Source: an uncultured virus (IMG/VR IMGVR_UViG_3300025150_000005) (taxonomy: Duplodnaviria > Heunggongvirae > Uroviricota > Caudoviricetes). From it: DNA of 64,000 bases. Numbering within the stretch: the first letter of the stretch is position 1; every line of letters begins with the position of its first letter. Both the position numbers and the translations under genes were made by a program. Under the pieces are notes generated by a model. The model searched no databases and was not told the origin of the DNA. It saw only the letters and a program-made list of their open reading frames with translations. Where the stretch lies: IMG/VR virus record IMGVR_UViG_3300025150_000005. The stretch is one strand, 5' to 3'. This document shows, one piece after another, positions 50,868 through 60,787 of this stretch.

Positions 50868-50893
50868 TGACACTCAACGGACAGGAGACAAGC

Positions 50894-52291
50894 ATGGCAT
50901 TGGTCAAGTCCGCGGGTATCCGCGGCATCGACCCGGTGCCCGTCGAGGTCACCGCGACGCTCCGTAAGGGGCTGCCGCGGTTCGACATCGTCGGGCTTCG
51001 GGGGGATCGGGCGGTCAGCGAGACGCGCGTGCGCGTCAAGTCGGCCCTGGAGGCTGCGGGCTGGTGGCCCAATGGCAACCTGCAGGTGCAGGTCGAACCA
51101 CAGTGTGACCCCGACCCGGCCTTCGACCTGCCGATCGCGCTGGCGGTCGCGCAGGCCGCGGGCTTCCTGCCCGACGACGGCGGCTTCGCCTTCGGTGAGC
51201 TGGCCCTCGACGGGCGGGTGCGCGGCGCTCGGGGCGCTATCGTGCGCGCCCAGGGTGTCGAGCAGTTCGAGGTCGTGCCCGACGTGGGCTACGTCTCCCA
51301 GGACAACGCGTTCGAGGTCGCGCGTGTGCGTAGTGGCGTCACGCTGCTGGACCATCTCGCAGAGGCGGCGCCGGCTGAGGTGCGGTGGCGTACCGAGCAC
51401 GTCCACTCCCGTACCCCCGCACCCCAGCTCGACCTCGGGGAGTGCAACCTCCTGCCCGAAACGCTCCGCGCATTGGAGGTTGCCCTGACCCTCCAGCGTC
51501 CCTTCCTGCTCGTTGGGCCGCCCGGCGCGGGGAAGACGATGATCGCGCGCCGCATCCCGGGTGTGCTTTGCTCGCTGAGCGAGGCCGAGGGCCGCGAGGT
51601 GCTCGCCATCGCCAGCGTGGCTGGGCTCTTGCTCTTGCGGGATGATGCTCCGATGGTCGCGGCGCGGCCCTTCCGAGCGCCGCACCACAGCTGCTCCGAG
51701 GTCGCGCTCGTGGGCGGTGGGCCGATGCGCCGCCCCGGTGAGCTGTCGCTGGCGCACCGCGGCGTTCTGTTCCTTGATGAGCTGCCGGAGTTCCGGCGGC
51801 TGAGCACCCAGGCGGTCGGGTCCGTTCTGGATCAGGGGGCGGTCACGCTGGGCTTCGGCATCGGGGAGACGGCGACTCTTCCGGCGGCTCCGGCGTTCGT
51901 GGTCGCCAGTACGAACCCGTGCCCGTGCGGCTACTACGGGCACTTCGCGCAGTGCTGCAAGTGTCACCCCACGGCGGTTCAGGCGTACACCGATCGGCTG
52001 CGCTGGGCAGCACGTGCCATCCACGCACGGATGGCCGTCCCGACCCCGACCCTCCGGGGACCGGGGGTCAACGAACGGCGGGCGTCGGTGTCGATGTCGA
52101 GCGAGGAGATGCGCGGGCGGGTTGCCCGTGCGCAGAACCTCCTCGACGATGTCGACGACGTTCGCGCGCCGGGACGGAGCGAGCTGACGCGACAGGTCGC
52201 GCGGTGCTGTGCAGCTGTCGACGGATCGCGGGAGGTGCAGGCGGAGCACTGGCGCGAGGCCGAGGGCTACACGGCGCTCCTGGTGGGGTGA
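50894..52291 (+). CDS. ComM/YifB-family Mg-chelatase-like AAA+ ATPase
   Basis: N-terminal GLPRFDIVGL...ETRVRVKSAL; GPPGAGKTM, RPFRAPHH, GELSLAHRGVLFLDELPEF, NPCPCG. Confidence 0.9.
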   Translation: MALVKSAGIRGIDPVPVEVTATLRKGLPRFDIVGLRGDRAVSETRVRVKSALEAAGWWPNGNLQVQVEPQCDPDPAFDLPIALAVAQAAGFLPDDGGFAFGELALDGRVRGARGAIVRAQGVEQFEVVPDVGYVSQDNAFEVARVRSGVTLLDHLAEAAPAEVRWRTEHVHSRTPAPQLDLGECNLLPETLRALEVALTLQRPFLLVGPPGAGKTMIARRIPGVLCSLSEAEGREVLAIASVAGLLLLRDDAPMVAARPFRAPHHSCSEVALVGGGPMRRPGELSLAHRGVLFLDELPEFRRLSTQAVGSVLDQGAVTLGFGIGETATLPAAPAFVVASTNPCPCGYYGHFAQCCKCHPTAVQAYTDRLRWAARAIHARMAVPTPTLRGPGVNERRASVSMSSEEMRGRVARAQNLLDDVDDVRAPGRSELTRQVARCCAAVDGSREVQAEHWREAEGYTALLVG

Positions 52292-52299
52292 GGTGCTGA

Positions 52300-52372
52300 G
52301 GAGCGGGGCGCGCGGGCGCCCCGCTCCCTAGAGCCTCCGAGGTGGACTCGGGGGTTCCAGGGAGCGATGGAG
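52300..52372 (+). promoter_or_regulatory. double overlapping-hairpin element (variant 2)
   Basis: 12-bp stem overlapping a 19-bp stem, followed by GATGG. Confidence 0.7.
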
Positions 52373-52400
52373 CTTCAACAGATTAGGGGAAATACGGAAC

Positions 52401-52652
52401 GTGGAATGCCATCAGTGCGGTGCGTGCTGCACGCACATTTCGATCTCGTCGGCTCTCCCGGGGCTGCCCAATGGCAAGCCCGCGGGGGTGAGGTGCCCAC
52501 ACCTCGACGCGCGGAACCTCTGTGGGCTCTTCGGGAAGCCTGAGAGGCCACGCGTCTGCTCGTCGTTCCAGGCGGATCGTGAGATCTGCGGGACGAACGG
52601 GGCTGAGGCGGTCGAGCTGATTCAGTTGTGGGAGCGCTTGACGGCGCCCTGA
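52401..52652 (+). CDS. YkgJ-family CxxCxxCC cysteine-cluster protein
   Basis: CHQCGACC..ISISS..PG.P.GKPAGVRC..L....C.LFG.PERP.VC. Confidence 0.85.
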   Translation: MECHQCGACCTHISISSALPGLPNGKPAGVRCPHLDARNLCGLFGKPERPRVCSSFQADREICGTNGAEAVELIQLWERLTAP

Positions 52653-52742
52653 TCGCAACCGCCTGAGCACAGGCGCGCCGACCCCGGTCGGCGCGCTGAT
52701 GGTCGTGCGGTACGACCTGACAGACACAAAGGAAGAACGCCA

Positions 52743-53372
52743 ATGGGTAGCAGCCTCATCACGCAACAGGCCGGCGCGCCGGCCGACTGGCAGACGCACG
52801 ACTACGAGCCCGAGATCGACGCCCTCACCCTTGAGGAATTCCGAGAGGCCCTCGACTACGGGATTCTGAACGAGGAGGCCCTGCGCGGCGAGATCGCGGA
52901 CGACAAGGACATCAACGATGCTGGTGACGTCTCCGAGGACGATCTGCTGGTCGTGCTGAAGGAGAAGGTGCGGCAGGCGCTGGCCTTCGTGCGGGAGCGC
53001 GCCGGCGGGCGCAGCCTCAATCAGTGGGTGCTCGCGGACGGTGGGGCCGGGTTGGAGACCGGGGGCGAGTCCTGGGGCGACGACCCGACCGAGGAGTACG
53101 GGCCGCTTCGGCTGTGTGTGGAAGTCGGGATCTTCGATTCGCTGCGGGCGGCGCGCGTCGTCCGGTGCTCGAAGGTGGCCGACGCGCTGATCGCAGAGGT
53201 CGGCAACAAGGATGTTGGCTACCTGCTCGACGACCGCGTGCATGACGCCAAGGGGAGCGAAGCGGCGGACATCAACAACGGCGGCGTCGCCGCCCAGATC
53301 AGATACCTCATGGACGAGTGCGGGATGAAGCCCGCCGAGATCCGTGAGGCACTCGCCGCCGACGACGACTGA
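52743..53372 (+). CDS. acidic hypothetical protein
   Basis: Fills the cassette exactly; AAGGA SD. Confidence 0.65.
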   Translation: MGSSLITQQAGAPADWQTHDYEPEIDALTLEEFREALDYGILNEEALRGEIADDKDINDAGDVSEDDLLVVLKEKVRQALAFVRERAGGRSLNQWVLADGGAGLETGGESWGDDPTEEYGPLRLCVEVGIFDSLRAARVVRCSKVADALIAEVGNKDVGYLLDDRVHDAKGSEAADINNGGVAAQIRYLMDECGMKPAEIREALAADDD

Positions 53373-53465
53373 TCGCAACCGCCTGAGCACAGAGCCCACG
53401 ACCCGCGTAGCGCGGTCGTGGGCTCGATGGTCGTGCGGTACGACCCAGTGATGACAGGAGTGTTA

Positions 53466-54032
53466 ATGACACGCCAAGAAGTCCACGAAGCGTTGCAGCG
53501 GCTGATCGAAGCCGCCAACGCTGCCGACGGGCCGGGGAGTGATCTCCCGCCCGAGTGGGCCGGGCAGAACCACCTGTACGGGGACGTCCAGGCGGCCCTG
53601 GAGCGAATCGCGCCGGGGGCCTGCGACGTCTGGTCGCGGGATGGGGAGTGGCCGAAGTGGGGTGAGTTCGTCCCGCCCCTCCGGGTGGAGGAGCATCCGG
53701 CGCTGGACGAGATTCGCCATCGCGCACGGGGCAACGCGTTCATCCTCGCGTTCCGGCTGGCCGAGCGGGCGTGGCCGAGTGTCACACTCGCCCTGGGTGT
53801 GCGATTCGGGCGTGACGCGCCCATCGCCACCTTCCTCGGGCGGATGCTGGGCAAAGGGGTCGGCCCGTGGTGGGTCGTGAGCACGCGCCCTGGCGGCGTC
53901 CCCAGCGATGAGGAACGCAGCGCGGCCATCCGGCTGCTCGAAGCGTCGGCGCTCGTTGGCGCCGGCGTCGAGCGTGTCGTGATCATGGGAAATGGGGGCA
54001 ACTACACCATCCTCCCCAGCACTACCGCGTGA
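53466..54032 (+). CDS. protein with a degenerate RadC/JAB-like C-terminus
   Basis: PGGVPSDEE..A.RLLEA..LVG...VVIMG...Y follows RadC spacing but lacks the His/Asp metal ligands. Confidence 0.5.
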   Translation: MTRQEVHEALQRLIEAANAADGPGSDLPPEWAGQNHLYGDVQAALERIAPGACDVWSRDGEWPKWGEFVPPLRVEEHPALDEIRHRARGNAFILAFRLAERAWPSVTLALGVRFGRDAPIATFLGRMLGKGVGPWWVVSTRPGGVPSDEERSAAIRLLEASALVGAGVERVVIMGNGGNYTILPSTTA

Positions 54033-54109
54033 GCGCAGAACGGCCGACGCCTCGTCAGCGTCGGCCGTTCGACGGTCGCACGGTGCGGCTAACGACGGAC
54101 AACGGAGGA

Positions 54110-55234
54110 ATGATGCGAAGCGAGTTCAAGGCTCTCCAGCGCGAGCTGAAGATGCGTGTCCTCGGGCGCGAGGACGAAGTGGAGGGGTTGCTCGTCGCGG
54201 CCCTCGCGGGCCAGCACCTGCTGTTGTTGGGTCCGCCCGGCACCGGCAAGAGCATGCTGGCCAACCTGTTCGCGCAGGCGGCCAACACGAAGCACTTCGG
54301 CCTGTTGCTGACGCAGTTCACCACCCCCGAGGAGGTGTTCGGGCCGGTCAAGTTGTCGGCTCTGAAGCAGGACCGCTACGAGCGCGTCCTGGACAACCAT
54401 CTTGCGAACGCAGAGTCCGCGTTCCTCGATGAGTGTTACAAGGCCAACTCCGCGATTCTCAATGCACTTCTGACTATTCTCAACGAACGCATCTTCGACA
54501 ACGGCGGGACGCGCGTCAAGTGCCCGCTGAAGTTCGTCGTCGGCGCGTCGAACGAGCTGCCCGAAGACAAGTCGCTCGGCGCCCTCGACGATCGCTTCGC
54601 CGTCCGCATGTGGATCGAGCCGCTGCAGAGCGACGACGACCGCGCGTGTATCCTGGGCGGACAGCTCAACCACGACCCCATGCCGACGCTGACGAACGGT
54701 GCGCTCGACGCGGCGCGCGCCGAGGTCCAGCGGGTCGACATCGCGCCCATCCTCCCGGAGGCCCTGGCGCTCATCCGAGAGATTCAGACCGACCTCTCGG
54801 TCTACGTCTCCGACCGCAAGCTGGCCCTGCTCGGCAGGCTCCTCCAGGCGGCCGCGTGGCTCGACGGTCGCACGACGGTCGGCAAGCAGCACCTCGCCAT
54901 CTTCCGCCACGCGCTCTGGTCGCACCCGGACCAGCGGGCTGCGGTCGCGAACAAGGTGCTCGCGGTCGCTGACCCCGAAGCTGCGGAAGCGGAGAAGATG
55001 CTCCGCACCATCGTGGGCGCGGCTCAGGCCGCCGACGCGACGCTCGGTCGGGCCGGGGCCAACCCGGCGAGCGCGGTGAACGAGCTGGCGGGGCTCAACC
55101 GGCAGACCCAGGAGGAGCTGCGCAAGCTGCGGGACCTCGCGCAGCGGTCGCCCTCGGCGGCGCGGACGCTGACGCGTGCAGAGGACGCCGCCAAGCGGGT
55201 GCACGCGGCGATCTCCCGCGCGGCGGGGATCTGA
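54110..55234 (+). CDS. MoxR/RavA-like AAA+ ATPase
   Basis: GPPGTGKS, FTTPEEVFGP, FLDECYKANSAILNALL, GASNELP, DRF, SDRK. Confidence 0.9.
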   Translation: MMRSEFKALQRELKMRVLGREDEVEGLLVAALAGQHLLLLGPPGTGKSMLANLFAQAANTKHFGLLLTQFTTPEEVFGPVKLSALKQDRYERVLDNHLANAESAFLDECYKANSAILNALLTILNERIFDNGGTRVKCPLKFVVGASNELPEDKSLGALDDRFAVRMWIEPLQSDDDRACILGGQLNHDPMPTLTNGALDAARAEVQRVDIAPILPEALALIREIQTDLSVYVSDRKLALLGRLLQAAAWLDGRTTVGKQHLAIFRHALWSHPDQRAAVANKVLAVADPEAAEAEKMLRTIVGAAQAADATLGRAGANPASAVNELAGLNRQTQEELRKLRDLAQRSPSAARTLTRAEDAAKRVHAAISRAAGI

Positions 55235-55333
55235 GCGATACCCTGTGAGCACAGCAGGGCCGACGCTTCGCGCGTCGGCCCTGCGATGGTCGCATGGTGC
55301 GATCCACACGACGACAGACGGAGAACGACAGCG

Positions 55334-55735
55334 ATGGCACCCCCATTCTACCGCACCGAAGTGCGGGCAGCCCACGACGCGTTGATCGCACAGTGGCTTG
55401 CCCAACCCGGCAACGAAGACGCATTCCGACGGGCGCTCGACGGCGCCCAGGGTGAGCGGATCGGGCTCCTCAAGGAGCAGCACTGCGCGCACGTGTGGCG
55501 GGTCAACGACTTGGCCCACGACGTGCGGCTCGACCTTTCGGCGGACGACCCACGAGGGACCTTCGCACGGGTGTGGGTCACGAAGGGGTTCGAGCGCGTA
55601 CGGCTGACACGGGAGACGGCAGAATGGGTGCAGGCCCAGAACGACGGCGTGCTGTTCACCATCGCACGCGACGCGATGATCGCAGCGGCGAGCAAGCTCG
55701 GGCGAGCGCTTGATCGCAAGCTCACTGTCTACTGA
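55334..55735 (+). CDS. hypothetical protein
   Basis: Fills the cassette; GGAG SD. Confidence 0.6.
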   Translation: MAPPFYRTEVRAAHDALIAQWLAQPGNEDAFRRALDGAQGERIGLLKEQHCAHVWRVNDLAHDVRLDLSADDPRGTFARVWVTKGFERVRLTRETAEWVQAQNDGVLFTIARDAMIAAASKLGRALDRKLTVY

Positions 55736-55848
55736 TCACGTACCGCTAATCACGTACCACCCGAGCGCAGGGCACAGGGGCGCGCAGCGCGTCCCTGTGC
55801 CTGACGGTCGCATGGTGCGGCTAACACGGACCAGAGGAGCCCCCACAA

Positions 55849-56778
55849 ATGGGCGAAGAGCAGCAGGATTTCCTCCAGAAGACGCATCGGCAGGTCATCA
55901 CGGCCCCCGACAACGCCTTTGGCGTCGTCGTGGCGATGACGTCGCGCGGACTGAAGATCAGCACCGATCGCTTCGAGGCCGCCGTTGCGGCCGTCGATCC
56001 CGACCTGCGCGCCCTGTGGCGCGACCCCATCGACGACGTGGAGGCGGCCCGCCGGGTCGTCCTCCACAACGCCGGGGTGAACGGTAAGACCCACAAGTGG
56101 GTGAAGCTGCCCGACGCCGTCACCGGCAACCTGCGGTCTTCGACGCGCTGGGGGCTCCTCGCCACCACCCCGGAGGGCGACGAGGCCAAGGGCGAGCACG
56201 TCGGTCGCCTGTCGCTCGACACCAGCGGCCCGGCCGCGGTGTTCGACGCGTCGGACCTCCCGACCGACGCCATGAAGGCGGAGGTCACGCGCGCCTTCGC
56301 CATGTACCGTACCAACTTCCTGACGCCTGACGTCACGGAAGGGTTCGCCAAGGCGTGCGCCAAGGCGAACGCGGTGCAGTGGGGTGGGCACGGGCACCTG
56401 TACTTCGTGCCGCCCGAGTCGCTCCCGCTGGTACAGAAGGCCGTCGACATCGTGCGCGACGCCTGCGGCCGGAGCGGTGTGGCGTGGTGGTTCCCGTGCC
56501 TCCGCGACGACGAGAGCCACGTGGAGGTCGCGCGTGAGGCCATCCAGGACGACCTGGAGGCGACCATCACGCAGGTCGAGCAGTGGGTGCGTGCCCGCGA
56601 CGACGCCGAGCGCGGCCCGAGCGCGCGCGGCCTGACGGCGCGGCTGGATGAGGTCGTGGCGGCCCGGGACAAGCTCGACCTGTACCAGGGGCTGCTCACG
56701 TTCAAGGCCGACGCGCTCCAGCAACGGATCGCGGATCTGAACGTGCTCCTCCCGATCCTGATTCGGTGCGCGGGTTGA
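55849..56778 (+). CDS. hypothetical protein (DUF3150/DUF6744-like)
   Basis: G.LYFVP motif followed by a coiled coil; lies near the AAA and VWA genes. Confidence 0.55.
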   Translation: MGEEQQDFLQKTHRQVITAPDNAFGVVVAMTSRGLKISTDRFEAAVAAVDPDLRALWRDPIDDVEAARRVVLHNAGVNGKTHKWVKLPDAVTGNLRSSTRWGLLATTPEGDEAKGEHVGRLSLDTSGPAAVFDASDLPTDAMKAEVTRAFAMYRTNFLTPDVTEGFAKACAKANAVQWGGHGHLYFVPPESLPLVQKAVDIVRDACGRSGVAWWFPCLRDDESHVEVAREAIQDDLEATITQVEQWVRARDDAERGPSARGLTARLDEVVAARDKLDLYQGLLTFKADALQQRIADLNVLLPILIRCAG

Positions 56779-56883
56779 TTTCTACCCTGTGAGCACAGCG
56801 GGGCCGACGTCGCGAAGCGCGAAGCGTCGGCCCCGCGATGGTCGCATGGTGCGATCCGATGGGTGTGGTGGAGGCAGCGAGAC

Positions 56884-57453
56884 ATGGAAGAAGGTAGCTG
56901 GACCCCGTGGGGTCGGGCAGACAGTGTGAGGACCCTCGCGGAGGGGGTGTGGGCGGTGGGGACCCCGGGACACGGAGGGGTCAAGCTGGATCGGCGCCGC
57001 AACGCCGAGATCCCTGCGCCCATGCGCCGCAAGGGGGGCTGGTACGAGGAGGACTGCGAGGCGCACATCGTCTTCGTGTTCCTGCCGGTGGCGCGGGATG
57101 AGAGCCAACGCGAGGAGGCCCGGCGGGGCTGTCGCAACTACTTCCCGGATGAGTGGATGGCTGCGACGGGTGAGGTGCTGACGCCGGACCAGTCTCACGT
57201 CTTGGAGGAGCGCGCATTTCGAGTGAAGCACGCGGAGGACTACGTTTCGGTCGCCGCAGTCGGAAGCTGGCACGCGGCGGTCCCGGAGGGGATGGTGGGG
57301 TGCACCGCGGTCCCGGGGAAGATGTCGCACCTGGGATACGCGCGTGAGCACGCGCGGTGCTTCCTCGTGCCTGCTGACGAGTACAGTGGGCGTGGGCTCA
57401 AGTTCGTGATCGATCTCCAGCGACACCAGGAAGTGCCCGCGCGCACCTTCTGA
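56884..57453 (+). CDS. DUF7007-like mobile-element protein
   Basis: TPWG, V.TPGHGG, WYEEDCE, RNYFPD motifs. Confidence 0.7.
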   Translation: MEEGSWTPWGRADSVRTLAEGVWAVGTPGHGGVKLDRRRNAEIPAPMRRKGGWYEEDCEAHIVFVFLPVARDESQREEARRGCRNYFPDEWMAATGEVLTPDQSHVLEERAFRVKHAEDYVSVAAVGSWHAAVPEGMVGCTAVPGKMSHLGYAREHARCFLVPADEYSGRGLKFVIDLQRHQEVPARTF

Positions 57454-57544
57454 TCACGTACCACCCGAGCGCAGAGGGGGTGAGCCGTAGGGCTCGCCCC
57501 CTCGACGGTCGCATGGTGCGATCCGACGGATAGGAGACAGGACA

Positions 57545-58195
57545 GTGTACAACGCAACTTTCGTCCGACTCAAGGACCGGCTGGGGTGGACTGGGGACGA
57601 CGCACCCCTCCAACTGGCACTGACGCATCGGTCGCGCAGCGTCGACGCCAACAACGAGCGCCTGGAATTTCTAGGCGACTCCGTGCTGGACCTCGTCATC
57701 GGTGGGGCGCTGCTGATGCGGCACCCCACCCGTGATGAGGGCTGGCTTTCGCAGCGCCGGGCGCAGATCGTCTGCACCCCGGCCCTCGCGCGCCTCGCGC
57801 GAGACTGGCAGCTCGGGCACCTGTTGGAGATCGACAGCGGTGCCGAGCGCGATGGCGCCCGCGACAACGACCGAATCCTGGCGTCCACCGTCGAGGCGGT
57901 GATTGGGGCGTTCTACCAGCGCTTCGGCTTTGCTGAGACGGTAGGCGCGCTGTGTCGCGTGTTCGGCACGAATCTGAATGACGGGGGGGACATCGTGGTG
58001 GAGGAGAACCCCAAGACGGTCCTCCAGAACAGGCTCGCGCGTGCTGGGAGGGCGCCGCGGTATGTCGTGGGCGTCATCGACGGCGAGACGGTCGCCTACG
58101 TGTATATACAGGAGGCGCTGATCGGGCGTGGCGTGGGCCCGAATAAAAAGGCCGCTGAGCGGGCGGCCGCGGAGCACGCGCTTCGTTCCCTGTGA
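57545..58195 (+). CDS. rnc: ribonuclease III
   Basis: ALTHRS, NERLEFLGDSVL signature, VEAVIGA and C-terminal dsRBD (NPKTVLQ...G.G.NKKAAE.AAA). One acidic site reads ASTVE instead of ADxxE. Confidence 0.9.
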   Translation: MYNATFVRLKDRLGWTGDDAPLQLALTHRSRSVDANNERLEFLGDSVLDLVIGGALLMRHPTRDEGWLSQRRAQIVCTPALARLARDWQLGHLLEIDSGAERDGARDNDRILASTVEAVIGAFYQRFGFAETVGALCRVFGTNLNDGGDIVVEENPKTVLQNRLARAGRAPRYVVGVIDGETVAYVYIQEALIGRGVGPNKKAAERAAAEHALRSL

Positions 58196-58267
58196 GCACA
58201 GCAGGGCCGACGCTCCGCGCGTCGACCCTGCGATGGTTGCATGGCGCGGCAGAGAGAGGGAGAGACG

Positions 58268-58864
58268 ATGGACCGAGAGACGTTCAACCACTTCGTAGCA
58301 ATCCTGACCTTCCTGGAAACGGCGGGGATCCCGCACGCGGTCGGTGGGGCGGTCGCCATGGCCGCCTACGGATACAACCGCGCCACGTCGGACATCGACA
58401 TCTTCATCGACCCGAACCAGCTGGATCCGGTGCTCGGTGCGATGCGTGCGCTCGGGTACAATGTGCGTCTGGTGTTCGATGAGACGCACTACGAGGTGTC
58501 CAGTCCAGAGCTGGACCGTCGCCGTGGGGACCGTGAGGCGCATGCAGATCTGCTGTTCGCATCAGCGGATCCGGACTGGTCGGCGTTGATGGCCCCGGAT
58601 CTGGCGCGAATCTACGACCGTGAGATCAGTGTGTTCCCCGCAGTGTTGCTCGCAGCGGCCAAGTTCTACGCCGGGCGGGTGAAGGATGAGCTGGATCTCG
58701 TGGAGATGCTGAGCCGTGGCATCTACAACCCCGTCGAGGTCCAGGCGATGCTTCGTGCGATGCAGGATGAGGAGGCAGCGCTCGCATTCGAGGCGATGGT
58801 GGCGCGGTGGCGTGCACCGCGGCCCCGCCGGAACCGCCCCCCCAAAGGCACCCTGAGGCGCTAG
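58268..58864 (+). CDS. nucleotidyltransferase-fold protein
   Basis: GGAVA...RATSDIDIF; K....R.KD..D. Confidence 0.8.
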   Translation: MDRETFNHFVAILTFLETAGIPHAVGGAVAMAAYGYNRATSDIDIFIDPNQLDPVLGAMRALGYNVRLVFDETHYEVSSPELDRRRGDREAHADLLFASADPDWSALMAPDLARIYDREISVFPAVLLAAAKFYAGRVKDELDLVEMLSRGIYNPVEVQAMLRAMQDEEAALAFEAMVARWRAPRPRRNRPPKGTLRR

Positions 58865-58981
58865 TAAACCGACCTACGTTTGTAGTAGCGTACCACCCGA
58901 GCGCAGGGCACAGGGGCGCGCAGCGCGTCCCTGTGTCTGACGGTCGCATGGTGTGGCTAACAGAGCGGAAACGAGGTGCCA

Positions 58982-60289
58982 ATGGCACGCGAAGCCCAGG
59001 CCCCCGGTGCCTTCGATCTCACCCCGATTCAGGGGTGGTTCGTCGACCGGGCCGAACAGAACACCCCCCTCCTCCGCGCGGCCCGCGAGGGTCCGTGGGG
59101 GGAAGATGACCCGAGCTGGCGACAGTTCGGCCGTGAGCTGGCCGCGCGGCTCTACACGCGCGACAAGCTCGCGCCCCTCGACAACCCTGACCCCCGCCTG
59201 GGCGCACTTCACGCCCAGCTTTCCGAGCTGAGTGAGTGGCAGGCGCTGCAAGGTGCCCTGCAGCAGCGCGATGACCCGACCGAGGTCGGGAACGCAGCGG
59301 CGGACCTGCTGAAGGGCATCACTGCCCTGGCCGAGCAGGACAACCTGCGCCGCGTCAACCTCAGTGGATTCGAGGGCGAGCGCATCGGTGCCGCGATGGT
59401 CGATGCGTGCCGGAATGCTGCGCAGCGCTCCCTCGACGAAGGCGAGCGCATGGCGGGGATGGGCTGGGGCAACGACGCCACGCAGCCGGGCCGCAACGCG
59501 GACCAGCGCCGCGCGCTGCTCAAGCGCATGGACCGGAGCCCGCGACTGAAGGCGATCCTCGCCCTGGCGGGGCGCATGCGCTTCGCGGCCCGCGCTGCGG
59601 CGTCCAGGCGCGTCCAGTCGGGCGTCGGGATGACCTTTGGCATTGAGCAGGGGGCCGACGTCTCGCGGCTCCTGCCCATCGAACAGGGCTACCTGACGTC
59701 GGACGATCCCGACCTGGAGATCCTGGGCCTTGCGCATCTCGCGCAGCGCCAAGCGCTCCAGTATCGCATGGTGGTGCGGCCCCCGGTGCAGGGCGGGCCG
59801 ATCGTCGTGCTGCTCGACGTCTCGGGTTCGATGCAGGGCGAGTCAGAGGTTTGGGCGAAGGCGGTCTTCATCGGACTGTTGGAGCTGGCGCAGGAGAAGA
59901 AGCGCCCCGTGCACCTCGTCGCGTTCAACGGCGGCGTCGTAGGCCAGTGGCGCTTCGCACCCGGGGAGCGTGACTTCGACAAGCTCATCGACACGATGGG
60001 CGTGGCCTGCAAGGGCGGTACGAACTTCCACGAGCCGATGGCGCGCGGGATCAAGTGCATCGAAGGCGAGCAGACGATGCGTGACGCGGACGTGGTGATG
60101 ATCACGGACGGGGCCGCAGATGTCAATGGCATCGTCGAGATGCTCGACGGGTGCTCGGTTGGGGTGCGGTGCTTCGGCATCGTGATCGGCGCGAGCACGG
60201 AACGGCTCGACGTCTTCTGCTCGAAGACGTGGGGCCTGGAGGATCTGACGGTGGAGGCGGCGAGCAGGTTGTTCGACGCGGTCGTGTAG
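58982..60289 (+). CDS. VWA-domain protein (ViaA/CoxE-like partner of the MoxR ATPase)
   Basis: MIDAS DVSGSM, GGTNF, ITDG; RLLP.E. Confidence 0.9.
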   Translation: MAREAQAPGAFDLTPIQGWFVDRAEQNTPLLRAAREGPWGEDDPSWRQFGRELAARLYTRDKLAPLDNPDPRLGALHAQLSELSEWQALQGALQQRDDPTEVGNAAADLLKGITALAEQDNLRRVNLSGFEGERIGAAMVDACRNAAQRSLDEGERMAGMGWGNDATQPGRNADQRRALLKRMDRSPRLKAILALAGRMRFAARAAASRRVQSGVGMTFGIEQGADVSRLLPIEQGYLTSDDPDLEILGLAHLAQRQALQYRMVVRPPVQGGPIVVLLDVSGSMQGESEVWAKAVFIGLLELAQEKKRPVHLVAFNGGVVGQWRFAPGERDFDKLIDTMGVACKGGTNFHEPMARGIKCIEGEQTMRDADVVMITDGAADVNGIVEMLDGCSVGVRCFGIVIGASTERLDVFCSKTWGLEDLTVEAASRLFDAVV

Positions 60290-60367
60290 CCACAGGGGAG
60301 GGGGGCGCCTACGGCGGCCCCCTCCCTGATGGCTGCATGGTGCGGCCTACCAGCACGGAGATTTGAG

Positions 60368-60787
60368 ATGGAACACGGTTTCAAGAAGGCCCTGCGGGAC
60401 GCGTTGGGGGCGCAGCGGCTCGTAGAGGCTCATGATGCTCTTCTGAGCCACATCGACTCTTTCGAGCCTGTCTGTCCGGCCCTCCCCTACCTCTACGTGG
60501 CGATCGCGCGGGGCACCATCATCGATCTGGACGTGACGGGCGTGGACAGCGACGAGGCCCAGCTCGTGGCGCTGCTGCGGAGCTGCTATCCAGACGCCGA
60601 CCACTGGATCTGGGAGCACGTCCGCGTGGAAGCGGGTGTGGAGGGGTGCGTGGCGACTGCACCCGATGTCTGCATCGAGTGCGGGCGTGCGGACCTGACG
60701 GTGATGTGTGTCTCCGTAGACGGGGACGATGGCCGCCGTGCGTGGGTGTGCGACGACTGTGGCCACGCGCACCTGATCAACGACTGA
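60368..60787 (+). CDS. hypothetical Zn-ribbon protein
   Basis: CIEC...CDDC; GGAG SD. Confidence 0.6.
   Translation: MEHGFKKALRDALGAQRLVEAHDALLSHIDSFEPVCPALPYLYVAIARGTIIDLDVTGVDSDEAQLVALLRSCYPDADHWIWEHVRVEAGVEGCVATAPDVCIECGRADLTVMCVSVDGDDGRRAWVCDDCGHAHLIND

Noticed and set aside
50158..58482. Repeated peptides such as MSTAGPTLR and TYHPSAGHRG in the ORF track
   Set aside because: Artefacts of translating through the repeat; the true starts follow SD sequences downstream.
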